From Camelus dromedarius (Eukaryota), in contig NC_087436.1 in the NCBI RefSeq assembly GCF_036321535.1, forward strand, positions 54,934,001 through 54,998,000: a DNA stretch of 64,000 nt. Direction: 5' to 3'. Shown here one piece after another: positions 14,027 to 26,939 of the stretch. The first letter of the stretch is position 1; each line of letters starts with the position of its first letter. Under the pieces are notes generated by a model, which searched no databases, had not been told where the DNA came from, and saw only the letters and a list, made by a program, of their open reading frames with translations. Both the position numbers and the translations under genes were made by a program.

Positions 14027-14699
14027 CCTCTAGATCACACAAGTGATCTAGCAGCAGTTTTGCTTTATCTGTGTTGTAAATTTTATGCTCTATCCTAACC
14101 TATTCTCAAAGAACTTGCCTCTCACTGTAGCTACTGCAAGTAGGCAGGGGGCATCTTGGCTCCAGTTACAGATGATAGGACCACTGAGGAACTCCGATTT
14201 AAGTGGAGCTAATGGACAGACTGACTGATAGCTCATGATTTATGTGGATTTTTCATCTTGAAGAGCAAGTTCAATCAGATCCCTATCTCAGAAATTTTAA
14301 AGATAGACAGGAGGGAGTTACAGTGGTAAGTGTGTGCTTGAGTTTAAAAAAAAGAGAAAAAATAAAGTAAAAACTGCAGAGGCAAGTATGAGGCATTGTA
14401 ACAAGAGGTTATGAGGGAGAAAAACAGCAGAGAGATAAATGGGATAGACTTATAGAAAGCAGAGCACTAAAAGAAATCCTGTGACTCTAGAGAAGTGACA
14501 GAAGAGCTTTCATACTTAATGTTTCCATGTCTAGTTCCTACTCACATGAGGCCTGGTTCTGAGGCCTGGTTCATGGACTTTGAGATCCATGATCTTGCTG
14601 TATTCAGAAAATGCCATTCCATTATTCTGAAGCTGTTTTGATTGCATGTTTGTTCCTCGTTACAAAACTATTCAATACATTATTCACCACATTTGGAAA

Positions 14700-14900
14700 A
14701 TAATAATTCTTATATTTGTAAAGCATTTTACAATTCATCAAGCACTTTTGTAAGCGTTGCCCTGTTTTATTCTTACAACAAGAATGTGAGGCAAGCAGGG
14801 AAGTATTGATATCTTCAATTAAAATGATAAAATAGTCTTTGAAAGCTTCAGGAATTAAAGAGACTCCCAGGACTTACAGAAGTATAACTGGACGAAAACC
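14700..14900 (-). mobile_element. MIR fragment
   Basis: atttgtaaagcattttacaattcatcaagcactttt...ttcttacaacaa..tgtgaggcaagcagg. Confidence 0.55.
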
Positions 14901-14934
14901 TTGAATTTGCTGTGTTCGCTATGAAGGGTACATG

Positions 14935-14935
<1 letters not shown>

Positions 14936-14976
<41 letters not shown>

Positions 14977-14989
14977 TACACACATACAC
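14936..14989. repeat. (CA)n microsatellite
   Basis: Direct reading of the sequence. Confidence 0.95.
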
Positions 14990-15687
14990 GAGGATTTCTA
15001 GGTCATTTCATTCTTTATTTCTAAAATAAATTTGATCATAATTATAAGCATAAAACATAAAATGCCTTTCTAGCTCTTTCTCTCACCGTCTTAAAAAAAC
15101 CCTCAGATTCCTCTTTAAAGCCTCTGATAATTTCCACACACCAGTCCCCCAGTCTTCCACATAACTTCTCAGTTTCCTCGCTTCTTCTTCTATCTTGCAT
15201 GTGAATGTACTCTGTTGCCGCTGATAGTGAAAGTAGCAACAGCCATTGGCAACGGTCACTGAAAGTGCTGCTGTGATGTGGACACTAGCTACCCAAAGTT
15301 CTACCAGCACTGCTGAGGCCCTGTGATAAAAAGTCAGTGTCCACAGTCATTCTGTACGTATCTTAATGGTGGCTGCTCATGCCTGAGTTTGAAGAAGCAA
15401 ATATCTGCACATTGGGTGCCTACTGCCATTCTCAAAAGCTCTGAAGGTGCCAGTGACCAATGCAAACGCTGTTGTCAGTGCCATTTTTAGTTTCTGTTGG
15501 AGAGTCTTTCACAGTAAGTCTGCTAGTTCTTCTTAAACATCTCAAAGGAAATTTTAGTGAAACAATCCATGAAAAACACACCCCAGGTAGGGCAAAGAAC
15601 ACTGTGACACAAGTAAACTTCTTCACCTCTGAAGAAAGAAAGCCCTGTGTCATTCAGGCACAGTTTCAGCAAATCGTAAGTTACTGT

Positions 15688-15810
15688 TATTCATTCATTT
15701 GTTTAATAAATACTTATGAAGCACTCACTTATTATATGTTGCTTTCGATGTGGTGAAGCAACAAACTAGACAGACTCACACTCCTTGAATCTGCTGAATT
15801 TAAATTCTAA
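15688..15810 (-). mobile_element. L2 3' end
   Basis: attcattcatttgtttaataaatacttatgaagcac is the antisense L2 tail. Confidence 0.6.
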
Positions 15811-18263
15811 AATAACAAATTCTGACAGCTCACCACTCCTTTTGTCAGCACAGAAATATTTGTATCCAACATTATAAACTTATAACCATACAATCTATAG
15901 AAATATCTATGCAGATTAGGGAGGTCCTGAGGGCAGAGGGGCTTTCTCTTTTCCTTCTCTGGAGTCCGGAAGGAAAATATGTCACAGGCACTTGTCATAC
16001 AAGTATAAGCAATAAATTCAGTGATACATCTTATAGGGAAGATGGAGGGCCTAAGTTTCTCAAGTTCTCTTTGGAATACACACAGCTAGACGATGTCTCA
16101 GAGTGTATTAAGGGTGTTAGTGAACAGACTGACTGGATATCTTGACTAAGGAGTCTGCTACAGAGAGGCAAAGTGAACCGAAGCCGAGGGCTGTGTGGCA
16201 GACAGCCCGAGTGAGACACACACAAGGAACACAGATGGATCTCAGGCGGTACACAGCCCAGGGGGATCACACCCCAGGACCTGGTCAGCCTGCCCTACTG
16301 ACAAGGGACTAGAATCAGGCTCTGAGATATACATCCTGGAGATTATACCGGCAAATCCTTGTAGAACGCTGAAGGGAAAAGCAGTGGGGCTTCAGCTGTC
16401 ACCAGTCTGGTTTTCAGCACAGACCAGTTACACTTAAGTGGACACCGCTGAGGAATCTGAGAACTGCCTGGATTGAAGGGCTTCCAGAGACCTACCCTTG
16501 CTCCTTCCCATCATATATGACACCACAGGTTCTATATATCCAGATACCATTCTAGAAAGAAACTATAAGAACATAGGGGTATGGAGAGACCAGGAAAACC
16601 CTTAAAGCATTACAGTTCATTCAAAAGAGAATGATTCAACTAAAGATACTATCTAAATTATAGGGTATGCAGCATATATTATACTAAGTTTAGTTTTGTT
16701 TTGCTCATGTGCACTACTATAGTGTGTGTGTGCAGCGGTGTGTGTGTGAGAGGAAGAGCAGATAATTTAACAGAAAAGTTAAGAAGTCATATATATTGTA
16801 TATAACTTAGTATAGTGAAAACAAATTTGCAAACCTGTATATTACCTTCAACTCATAAGAAAAATGTATTTGTGGAATATGGATCTTTTTATCAAAGGTA
16901 TGTGTGGTCTTTTATTTCAAGTACATTTTTTAAAGAGCCAGTATTGGTTCATTAATATAAAATTGAAGTCTAATCATATTGGCAGCTAAATCACAGTAAA
17001 TTATAACTTTCGACCCAAACAATTTAAATGCATACCTGTTTATACATTTGTTATTATTATTACATAGTGTCTGTAATGTATCTAGTGATTGCTTATGATT
17101 CTAGGTTTTAGGTGATATTTATGGGAGGATAAAACTCTGAAATATTATTTGAAATTTTCTTTTTTGGTGTCCCCCTACCTGTGGCTCAGCTAGCTAGGCC
17201 ACTCTAAAGGCCAGTCTCAGGTAATAGACGCCAAAGCAGAATCTGAGACCAAGGAGAGCAGCTTGGTGTTTTTATTTTCCAAATATAAGGTTTGAAGTTA
17301 AGGCTTTGGATTTGCAAGAGCTGTACTAGGTAAGACCCAGATGTCTAGGCCCTAAAATCGCTAGTGATGAGAATTACGCCACAAAAATAAAATGAGAAGA
17401 GCAGCCAGACTTGCCCTTCCTTCATGCCCACAAGAAATAAAAATTCCAAGAGTCAAGGGAAGAAACTGAGTGAGCACTATAGTAAGGGACAGAACTACAT
17501 GGGCTTCTGCAGGAGAGAGAAGAGGAACAACCCTGTGGACATGACTGAAGTCTGAAGTGGGTTACTGTCTTCTCTCCTCCCAGGTCACAACCACTCATCA
17601 CAGGCTCCCAGGGAGCCATGTGGGAGACAAGCCAGTGTCCCAGACCACCACAGGAGCATCGACATCACATTCTGGTGCTGAGGAAGCCAACAGCAGTTCT
17701 TTTCAATATTATTCAAAAAAGACTTTCCTTTCACAGCAGTCAGAACATCTCTCATTGTTCTCACAGTGGCACTGACATCTTCCTGAGCCATGAAAGTTTG
17801 TTCAGTACTATCTGAACTACCCTTCCAGAACAAAAGGCCCTACCTACTGAATGTCCCTGCATCCTCTTAAACTCCAAAGGTAGGGAATGGGGGCCTGGAC
17901 ACCTATACTTGTGTGTGCTGGTTTAAATCACTTCAAGCCTCCCATGAGCTTGAAGTGATACATATTTACAAACTGAACTGCCTTTGTAAATGGAGCTGAC
18001 AGCTTGACAATGGTACTTAGTGAGCAACAAACATCATGACTGTCATATATGTAGTAAAGAAGAAAGTGTTAAAGAGAATTTTCTCTTTACGGAGGAGTAG
18101 TTACCCATCAAAATTTTAAGTAGATGAGACAATGACATTGGGAGAATGAAAGCTTGTAACCCTTTTACAGCTACTTCTAAGTGCTCTCTCAATTTTAAAA
18201 ATATGACCCATCTAGATAGTTGTCTCTTTTGTAGGATTCTCCATTGTTTTAGGATTTTCCACA

Positions 18264-18710
18264 TGCATTATAGCTGACAAAGTGGGTGCCCCTCTCATGC
18301 CTCAGCCTACCTTTGAAGTCAGGTTCTGTTCTGGCAGACAAATTTTATTCAGACCTACAGCTTTCTGCTCTCCTTTTCCTGGGCCAGTCTTTGGCCCTGG
18401 GACTGTGTTTGGCATGGACTTAATGCCACCAGGAGTGCCTCTCAACCAATGAGTAGCAGTGGGTTTACAGCTCTATGCATTCCTCCCTTGGTGCAATAAT
18501 TCTATAAAATCTCTTTAAGGGTCCAGAGCAGGATTGAGCTTCAGTTTCCCAGCAGTAATCAACTCATTAATAAAATTTTAATGACTGCCCTCCCTTTTGT
18601 TTCTCATTTGTTCACTCCTTCACTGTGTTCCCTAATATCACCTCCCAGGTAAATAACTTATGTCCAAATATTTGCTTTAGCATCTGCTTTTGAGGGACAC
18701 AAACTAAGAA
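18264..18710 (+). mobile_element. ERVL LTR (LTR16-like)
   Basis: 3' terminus atcacctcccaggtaaataacttatgtccaaatatttgctttagcatctgcttttgagggacacaaactaaga, with internal ctcaaccaatga. Confidence 0.75.
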
Positions 18711-20220
18711 ATGCACTTTGTGGAGTCAATATTCTTATGTATCACTGCCCCTAAAACTTCAATTGTAAGAAATGTGATGTGTCGATATAAATCATCCTTA
18801 AAACAAAAGATTGTTTTTAATAGCTTCATCTTTATAGATTTATTATGAGAAAAAAAAAGCCTATTTTTAACTTTGTAATTACAATGAATGTCAACTACAG
18901 GAATTCTGAAAAAAAAAAAATGAAACCTCAAAGACTGAAATTAAGTACAAACTGTTTGCCCAAGTAGACCATCCTTTAGGGTTTATACTGTCCATACCAT
19001 TTCCTCTAAACATAGTCATTTTGGTTCAGGTTAATTGCTAAGCTGGGTGTCTTTCATTTTCTATAAATAGCTATCACAATTGTCCTCTAAATCCCTTTAC
19101 AGCACTCCAAAGTTATGAAGTTCTCATCAGAGTAAAGCACAAGGGAATGTGAGTTTGATTTTGTTGAGCTGAGAGATCCGTCCTTGGGAAATGTTTGTTA
19201 TGTTTAATTATGTACCCGTGTGTCTTCATGAAGCACTCTCTTTGTTAAAGTGTTATTGATCTACTTCTCTATCTATCTGGGCATTCTATTTCACAGATCA
19301 CTATAGACATGTCAGGCAGTCCCAGAAATCCACTATAGAGAAAAATATACAGGGCCAAAAGAAAAGAGCACTAGTTCCTTTTTTCCCCCCACCTTTTTGC
19401 ATTAGTTTGTTGATAAAATACAAAGCAAGGGTGATTTTTTTACATTGTACACCCTAGAGCTCTTACAGACTGTGAGGCAAAATGAAAAAAAATATAATAA
19501 AATGAAAGCAGAGGGTGTATTTTTGGATCAATTTACATAAGTCTACACCTGGGGCCAGTTTGCCCTGGTTATGATGGACAGGTGTCTATTGGTTCCTTCT
19601 TGAATTCACCTTTGCTTATGGAGCCAAGAAGGCATTTGTCATTCCAACCACATCTAATGTCATTTCTAGACTGTAACAGAGAAAAAAAGAAGAACAAATA
19701 CTGAAATAGTAAGGCAGCTGGCATAATTCAAGGTGAATCTCACACTTGGGGATAGTCTGTCTTTATAAGAAGGTAGTGTAAACAATAACTATAATTTGTG
19801 TCAGGGTACATTCTTGAGAGCTTTCAAATTGTCTGATGGTAAAAATGTGAATGCTGCTAATAAAAATGATTAAGGGAAAAAATACTGAGGGCAACTGGCT
19901 AGCTAAGACATTTAGTAATGGAATATGACACTGTTCACTTCTAGGTCACTAGTTCCAATTCAGCTTAAATCAGAAGCAGCTGAAAGCTGTGATCATGTAA
20001 TGCATGCCTGGTGGCCTACATGCAATAGCATGATGGTCTTAGTTCAGGGAAGATGTGTCCCTTACATCCATAAACATATCAAAGTTTCAGTTACAGCCTT
20101 TCAACATTTTTAATTGTTTTGTAATTACTACAAAAAGACCAAATACTGCTTAGGACTAGCTTCTATTCTGATCTTTTCTACTAAAAATATCATCGTGTTG
20201 AAGGGGGCCCCTCAAGATGT

Positions 20221-20384
20221 AAGTCAGCCCTCTGTATCGACAGATGTGGAACCCACAGATACGGAGGGCCATCTGTACTACCCTCTTTTATATAAGGGAT
20301 TTGGGCATCCACAGAGTTTGCTATCCATGGGGTAAGGGGTGGAAGTTCTGGAACTAATCTTCCACAGATACCAAGAGATGACTA
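20221..20384. mobile_element. Tc1/mariner-Tigger MITE (MER2/Tigger3-like)
   Basis: TIR-like ends agtcagccctctgtatc ... gataccaagagatgact, with internal ttttatataagggatttgggcatccacagagtttgctatccatggg. Confidence 0.75.
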
Positions 20385-21587
20385 GAACAATCTTTTCCCC
20401 TAGAGACTTGGGGACTCAGTGGTAACTTTGGTTTTGTCCCATATGGCAACTACTAGCTTCATACAGTTTTTATTTTATATTGTAAACAAAACAAAACAAA
20501 AGGCACTTTGTTAATTTGAAGTGGATATTTAAAGAAATTTGCATTGATTTAAAGGTCATCTTCTTTTCCTTACTTATTTTTTTGAACTTCCTTAAAAAAA
20601 GCATAGCATGGGTTTCTGGACAATTTTAGAAATGTGATCAAAAGTAACTTTCTAAAAGCCATCTAGATTCCCTCTATGCTTACCTACATTCAATTTCTCT
20701 AGAGAAGGATCAGACTTGAAAGGTACTGACTTGTAGAAGCATAAATGGGTAGTAATATTACAGGAATTCAGGTACCTCCTATGTAATAGGTGCACACAAT
20801 AATAATGTAGTGTTTAATTTACCAAACCCTAGAATAACAGCATTTTTAAAAAAGTAAATAGTTACTTACTCCAGCCCAAGAGGAGGAGGTAAAATTTAAA
20901 AGATAGTACACAACTATGAAGGTAATTATTTTTCAACTGTGAATGCAAGTCTTCCAGATAGTTATCAATCTTAAATACACTCCCTATATGATATTTAAGA
21001 TGAGATTTGCATTTTGAAAGTTCTGGCAGTTCATGTCACCATGAAGTATTAAATAGGAATAATAGGTAAAGTCTGCGTCACTGAGGTAGTGTTGTGTGGT
21101 CTTTGGTCTTGGACTCTTGGCTCTATCATTTATTACTAATATGCTCTTAAGCCAAAGAGCATTTTTTTCTAGCCTCAATTTTCAATCCTTAATTTCTAAC
21201 CTATAACCTATAAAACTGGCCATAACAGCATGAAGTTTATTTGGTTCTTGCCATTATATAGAGAATATACACATGACTGATACTAATTTGCTTCCATTTA
21301 AAGTTTGAATTTAAATAAATATGAATTTCATATATATTAAAATTAGATTAAATATAAAATATTGTATATATATATTAGCAAATTTTCTTCAGTACATAAA
21401 ACTTGAACTCAAGATACTAGTCTTCTTTGACCATTCTAGATGGTATATAGAAATTTATAGTTTAGCATGAATTAAATAAACACTGACTAAATTAAAACAA
21501 ATAATTAAACTAACAAAGAGAAATAAGACCTGGATAGGATGGGACCTTACCTGCTACCATGATAATTAACAATCAATTCATATTCAA

Positions 21588-21588
21588 T

Positions 21589-21623
<35 letters not shown>

Positions 21624-21632
21624 CACACACAC
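21588..21632. repeat. (CA)n(TA)n(CA)n compound microsatellite
   Basis: Direct reading of the sequence. Confidence 0.9.
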
Positions 21633-22044
21633 ATTATTTATAATTTTCTGTGTATTATGGTATGCATATGTAATGTCTAAATAAATTGTTTCTACTTTAT
21701 GAGCTCAATATTCTCATCTAATTTGTTGGTAGCTGGAGGGCCCAATTAAATAGTCTTCCCGTCCAGGGTTTTGCAAACAAAGGGAGAGATACAAGGTGCC
21801 AAATGAGGATTTCGATATTGGTTTTATTCTTGATGGGCCGATTACTCCCAGTAATGTTATACTGTAGAAGGTGGTCACAATCTAAAGCCAAAATGGAACA
21901 CATTTTCTCCCTCTTCCTCAAATCTCCTCTTGGTACAGCTGGGGCTACAAATCAGTTTAAAAGTATATGTGTCAGCAAGCTTTGTGGAGTGTCAGTGCAC
22001 TTCACAAAACAGGTCACCTGATGAGAAGATATCAAGCTGAAGAG

Positions 22045-22225
22045 AGAAAGATGGAGTCCCAGACTCATGCAGTTTCTGCCTTCACTATCGAGTAGCTGTG
22101 GGACTATGTGGAAATCACTTAATGTCTCTGTCTCAGTTTCCTTCTCTATAAAATGGAGATGATTAAAGACATATTTCTCACGGCTGTTTGGAAAATTAAA
22201 TGAGTTAATGTATATAAAAGCTTTG
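22045..22225 (+). mobile_element. MIR SINE
   Basis: Core agctgtgggactatgtggaaatcacttaatgtctctgtctcagtttccttctctataaaatggagatg. Confidence 0.8.
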
Positions 22226-24604
22226 GAATAGGAGTCATTGTCTTCTTACCAACATGGAAGAAGTGTGGGGATGGGACAGTTGCCTGTTTTGAGGCCCTAG
22301 ACTCTAGTACAGTGCTTGGACTACAACGTAACAATAACCTTAGCTACAGTGTTAAAGAGTAAGTAAGGAGTGGAGAGAAAAGCTACAAGTGTTTACTTCC
22401 TTATTGCTCTTTATTGGAGTAAAGCAGAACTCTTGCCCTGTAGTCAAAGAAGAAGAATGAGACAATGCTGTCCTCCAATCTCAAGTAATCATCTCATCAG
22501 CTTTCTGAGGTTCCACGGTAAAAGCATCTTTTAAGATATTGTGAAATACAGCACCTGAAATGTGCACTTGTCACATTCATCCCTCTATCCTTGGAAGAGT
22601 AGGTAAATGTGCACTTCAGAGAATGGAGTCTAAAGATGAACTGCACCCGCCTGGCTGTTTCACTCTTTGTGAAAAATCCAAAAAAGTACCCCCATAAGAC
22701 CTCAAAGGTTGAGAATTTCACTTACTTACCAGAATAATGATGTATGAAGTTTTTTTTTTCAAAGTATTAAAATTCATGGACTTTGTAAGGGATCCTGATG
22801 AAATGCTACATAGCTATGCAGTATTATTTAAAAATGTGTGCTTTTAGAAATCACACAGGATTAAATAACTTAAATTTACAAGTATTTGAATCATTGTCTC
22901 TAGGGCTTACCAGGCAGAAGTTAAATTCAAACAGGTTTCCTACAGGCAAAGGCTGAATCCTTCTGGTAGTGAAAGTTAACAGCAGTGACTGAATTTTCAT
23001 ATTCTTTTATATGCATTGTCTTATTTGATCATTCTAACAGCCTTGGGAGTTAAAATATTGTATCTTTTGTTGTTGTTGTTGTTATTGGGTGCATGAGAAA
23101 ATATAGCCTCAGATAGTTTGTTTTGATTGCTCCTGGTCACACAGTTAGAGAGTGGAAAAGGCATGAATCAAACCACAGGGCTCCACATCTCTTTCTGCCT
23201 CACCACGTTGCCACTAAGCAGTTACAATTTCATTTTCCAGTTTATTGGGCATTGGGTTAGATGTTTTATCCTGTAAATATCTCTCAGGAAGTACAGTGGA
23301 GACTAAGAAAGGGTCATTCAATTCAACACATATGTATGGTGTACCTATTGTGGTATTTGACAATATGCTCTCTTTTTATGGTTCTCAGGTACATAAAATA
23401 AGATTAGCCTACACTGTATACTTGCCCTTGTGAAAAACTGTTTATTCAGCATTTCAACTACTGCTTTTCCTGTAGCATAGATCTAAGGCTAAATGTCTTC
23501 TAAATGGAAAACTGAACCTACAAGGCTGTACACTAAAACAAACTAGTGAGCCAAGTAATAGATCTCCTTAACATAGCTGCAGGTTATTCACACATTATCT
23601 AAGCCCCTTTGAGTTTAGATAAATATGGTATTTCTATTTTGTACACGGATTTGAGAAACTGAATAGTGGACTCAAATCTTAGAGGCCCTTCACACTTACT
23701 ATATACTGACTGGCATGATGTTGAAAGATGCCCTAGTGGAAAATCCATGGCTTATTGCATTCCTCTTTACTCGTCAAAGTTATAAAAATGCTTTAGCTTA
23801 TCTTCTTGAGAAATATGTGTTCAACATTCATTGGTAAAGTAGAAAAATCTTGATAAATATTTTAATTTTAGGATGCTAAGTATTTTATAATTGGCCAGAT
23901 AATTAATTATAAGAATGTTTATCATGAATGTATAGGTATTACAGAAGAGGGTAATCCATATGTCTTCCTTCCCAAGATATTTATTGCTCATTAATCTTGC
24001 ATCATCATCTTTCATACACATTATTGCAGTATCTTCTACTTTTGTCCCTTTCCAGTCTATTTCTGCTGTCTACTATGATCTTTAAATATATATATGTATC
24101 AGCTCCTTTTTTTTTGTATAAATAATTCAGTGATTTCTCATTGTAGTAAGAATAAAACCCCAACTCCTAACTATGGTTCTAAGGCTTTCCATAACCTGGT
24201 TCTAGCCTGGCATGACAGTCTCACTGAATACCATTCCCCTTTCTTCACATTGACAGCCATAGCTTTTAGTTTGATGAATCTACCAAAGCTTCTCCCACCT
24301 TAGGACCTTTGTACAGGCTGTTCTCTCAGCCATTTTAACATAGCTAGTTCATTAATATTTTTCATGTCTATTGGGCAGTCTTTCCTGAGCTATAACGGAT
24401 TGACATCCCTGCCAACCATCAGCTGCAATTACAGTAAGAAAATAACTTTTTTCAACTTTGCTTTGTGGATTTAGCTTCTATAATAATTTATCCTGGTCAC
24501 ACTCCCCACAACCTACACTGAATTTTTAAACAGATTCTAATGAATATATTTGAGCTCATTTATTAAAGAAAATACATAAAAATTTATATTTAAATATTTA
24601 AAAA

Positions 24605-26935
24605 TTTTTAAACTTTTTATTAGAATTTGAAACACATATGGACACAAATCAAAAGCATACAAATTGATGAACTTTCACAAATTGAAAATACCCTTATAAC
24701 CAGTACCCAGAACAAGAGACAGATCATCACAACGACCTCCAGAAGTCCCAGCTAGTCCTTTCTTAATGTTTTCCAACTGCCAAAAATGCACAATAGCCCT
24801 ATATAACACTATAGATTAATTTTGCCTGATTTTTAAATTTTTATAGATAGAAATATGTATTCTTTTTTGTTTGTCTTCTTTTCCTCAATCTAATGTTGTA
24901 AAACCTCTTCTATGATATCTTTGCTTGATGTTACTGTTTGTTCACTTTTATTCTGTAGTGTATTACATTGTGTGAATATACTATAATTTATATTTATTTT
25001 AACATTTATGGAGTGTAGTCTTCTACTACAAACAGTGTTGCTATGAATACTTTCCTACATATCGTCCTGTGGGAGAAAATAAACATATACAAACTGTTGG
25101 GTTATAGAAAATTCATATGCTTAGTTTTATTGATACTGCCAAACATTTTCCCAAAGTGATTGTATCAATTTATATTTCCATTAGCAGTATGTAAAAGTTC
25201 TCATTGCTATATATCCTTGTGTAAACTTGGGGTTTTCTTCATTGTAGCCCTTCTGGTGGCTGTCTAGTGGTATTACACTGTTACTTAGTTTGTTAGTTTT
25301 TTTAGTTACCAGTGAAATTAAACACCTTTTCAGATATACTTCTCTGTGAAGTACCTGTTTAAATCTCTTACTTATTCTATTAATTTTCCTGCTTTTTTCC
25401 CTACATTTTTTGTATTTCCCTATATATTCTGAATAAAAGTTACTTGAATCTGTAGATTGCTTTGGGTAAAATGGGAATTTTAACAATATTAAGTCTTCCA
25501 ATCTATAAGCATGAAAAGTCTTTCCATTTATTTGTCTCTTCTTCAATTTCTTTCATCAATGTCTTATAGTCTTCAATGTAGCGATCTTTTCCCTCCTCGC
25601 TTAAATATATTCCTAGGTATTTTATTCTTTTTGATAAAACTGTAAATGGGAATGACAAGAAATAACAAGTGTTGGCAAGGATGTGGAGAAAACAGACACC
25701 TTTTGTACTGTTGGTGGGAATGTAAATTGGTGCAGCCACTGTGGAAAACAATATGGAGGTTCTTCAAAAAAATTTAAAAATAGAACTAGCAAATTCACTT
25801 CTAGGTACCTACCCAAAGAAAAAGAAAATATTAACTCAAAAAGATATATGCACCCCCATATTCACTGCAGCATAATTTACAATTAACCAAGATATGGAAA
25901 CAATGTTAAGTATTCATTGCTGGATGAATAAAGTAGATAAAGAAAATGTGATACACACACACACAAAATGGAATACTACTCAACTTAAAAAAGAACAAAA
26001 TCGTGCCATTTGTAATAAAATGGATGGACCTTCAGGGCATTATGCTAAGTCAAGTAAGTGAGACAGCAAAAGACAAATATTGTATGGTTACACTTATATG
26101 TGGAATCGAAAAAACAAAAAAAAAGACAAAACAAAACAAAACCAAGCTCATAGAAACAGAGAACACATTGGTGGTTGCCTGAGGCAGGGGTAAGGGTGCA
26201 CAAAATGGGTGAAGGGAGTCAAAAGATAAAAATTTCCAGTTATAAAATAAACAAGTCCTGAGGATGTACTGTACAGCAGAGTGACTATAGTTAATAATAT
26301 GGCATTGCATATTTGAAAATAAATCTAAAATTTTTCATTACTAGGAAACAAAATTTTTCTGTAACTATGTATGATGATAAATGTTAACTAGAATTATTTT
26401 GGTGATCACTGCACAATGTATACAAATACTGAATTATTATGTTGTATACTTGAAGCTAACGTAATGCTATAGGTCCATTATACCTCAATAAAAAATTTTA
26501 AAAAGAAGTTACTTGTAGGATATTGTATTGCATTTTCTCCCTCTCTGTGGCTTCCATTTTTCAGAGCCCTATTCAAGAGATGTCTCTTGAACAAAAGTTC
26601 TAATCTAATCATTGTCCTATTTACCATTTTTCTTTATGTTTAGCACTGTTTATTATATGATATCTTTGCATACTCCACATTCATGAAGATGTTTTTATAT
26701 GAACTCTTTGAAAAGCTTTATTAATTTTCCTTTTACATTCAGATCTGCAATCCATCTGGAATTTACTTTTGCATAGTATGAGGCTCAGGCCAGGGTTTAT
26801 TTTCTCCATATAGATATCTATCTGACCCAGCACCATTTACTGAAACTTAACTCCTGGCCTACTGTGCTGATCACATTATTACCTTTTTAGACATGAAGTG
26901 ACAATCTACGGCCTGATTCTGAACTCTCTTTTCAT
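24605..26935 (-). mobile_element. Old L1ME/MD-type element, host of the twin-primed L1 at 25447-26505
   Basis: Antisense L1M 3'UTR (gatgaactttcacaaattgaaaatacccttataaccagtacccag), continuing after 26515 (ttttctccctctctgtggctt...cccagcaccatttactgaa). Confidence 0.7.
25447..26505 (+). mobile_element. 5'-inverted (twin-primed) L1 insertion with TSD
   Basis: An antisense ORF2 segment (25447-~25651) is joined to sense ORF2 C-terminus and 3'UTR (~25652-26505). TSD aagttacttg at 25437-25446 and 26506-26515. Confidence 0.85.
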
Positions 26936-26939
26936 TTCT

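Noticed and set aside
15083..15653. Minus-strand peptide ...ANGCCYFHYQ...KIEEEARKLR resembling a retroviral env TM 'CC' region
   Set aside because: There is no CX6CC spacing, no LQNR/immunosuppressive motif, no membrane anchor and no adjacent LTR or PPT. Likely chance.
16000..16900. Purine/GC-richer block that may be an ancient Gypsy-like or ERVL LTR
   Set aside because: No termini, TSD or diagnostic motif that I can confirm by eye.
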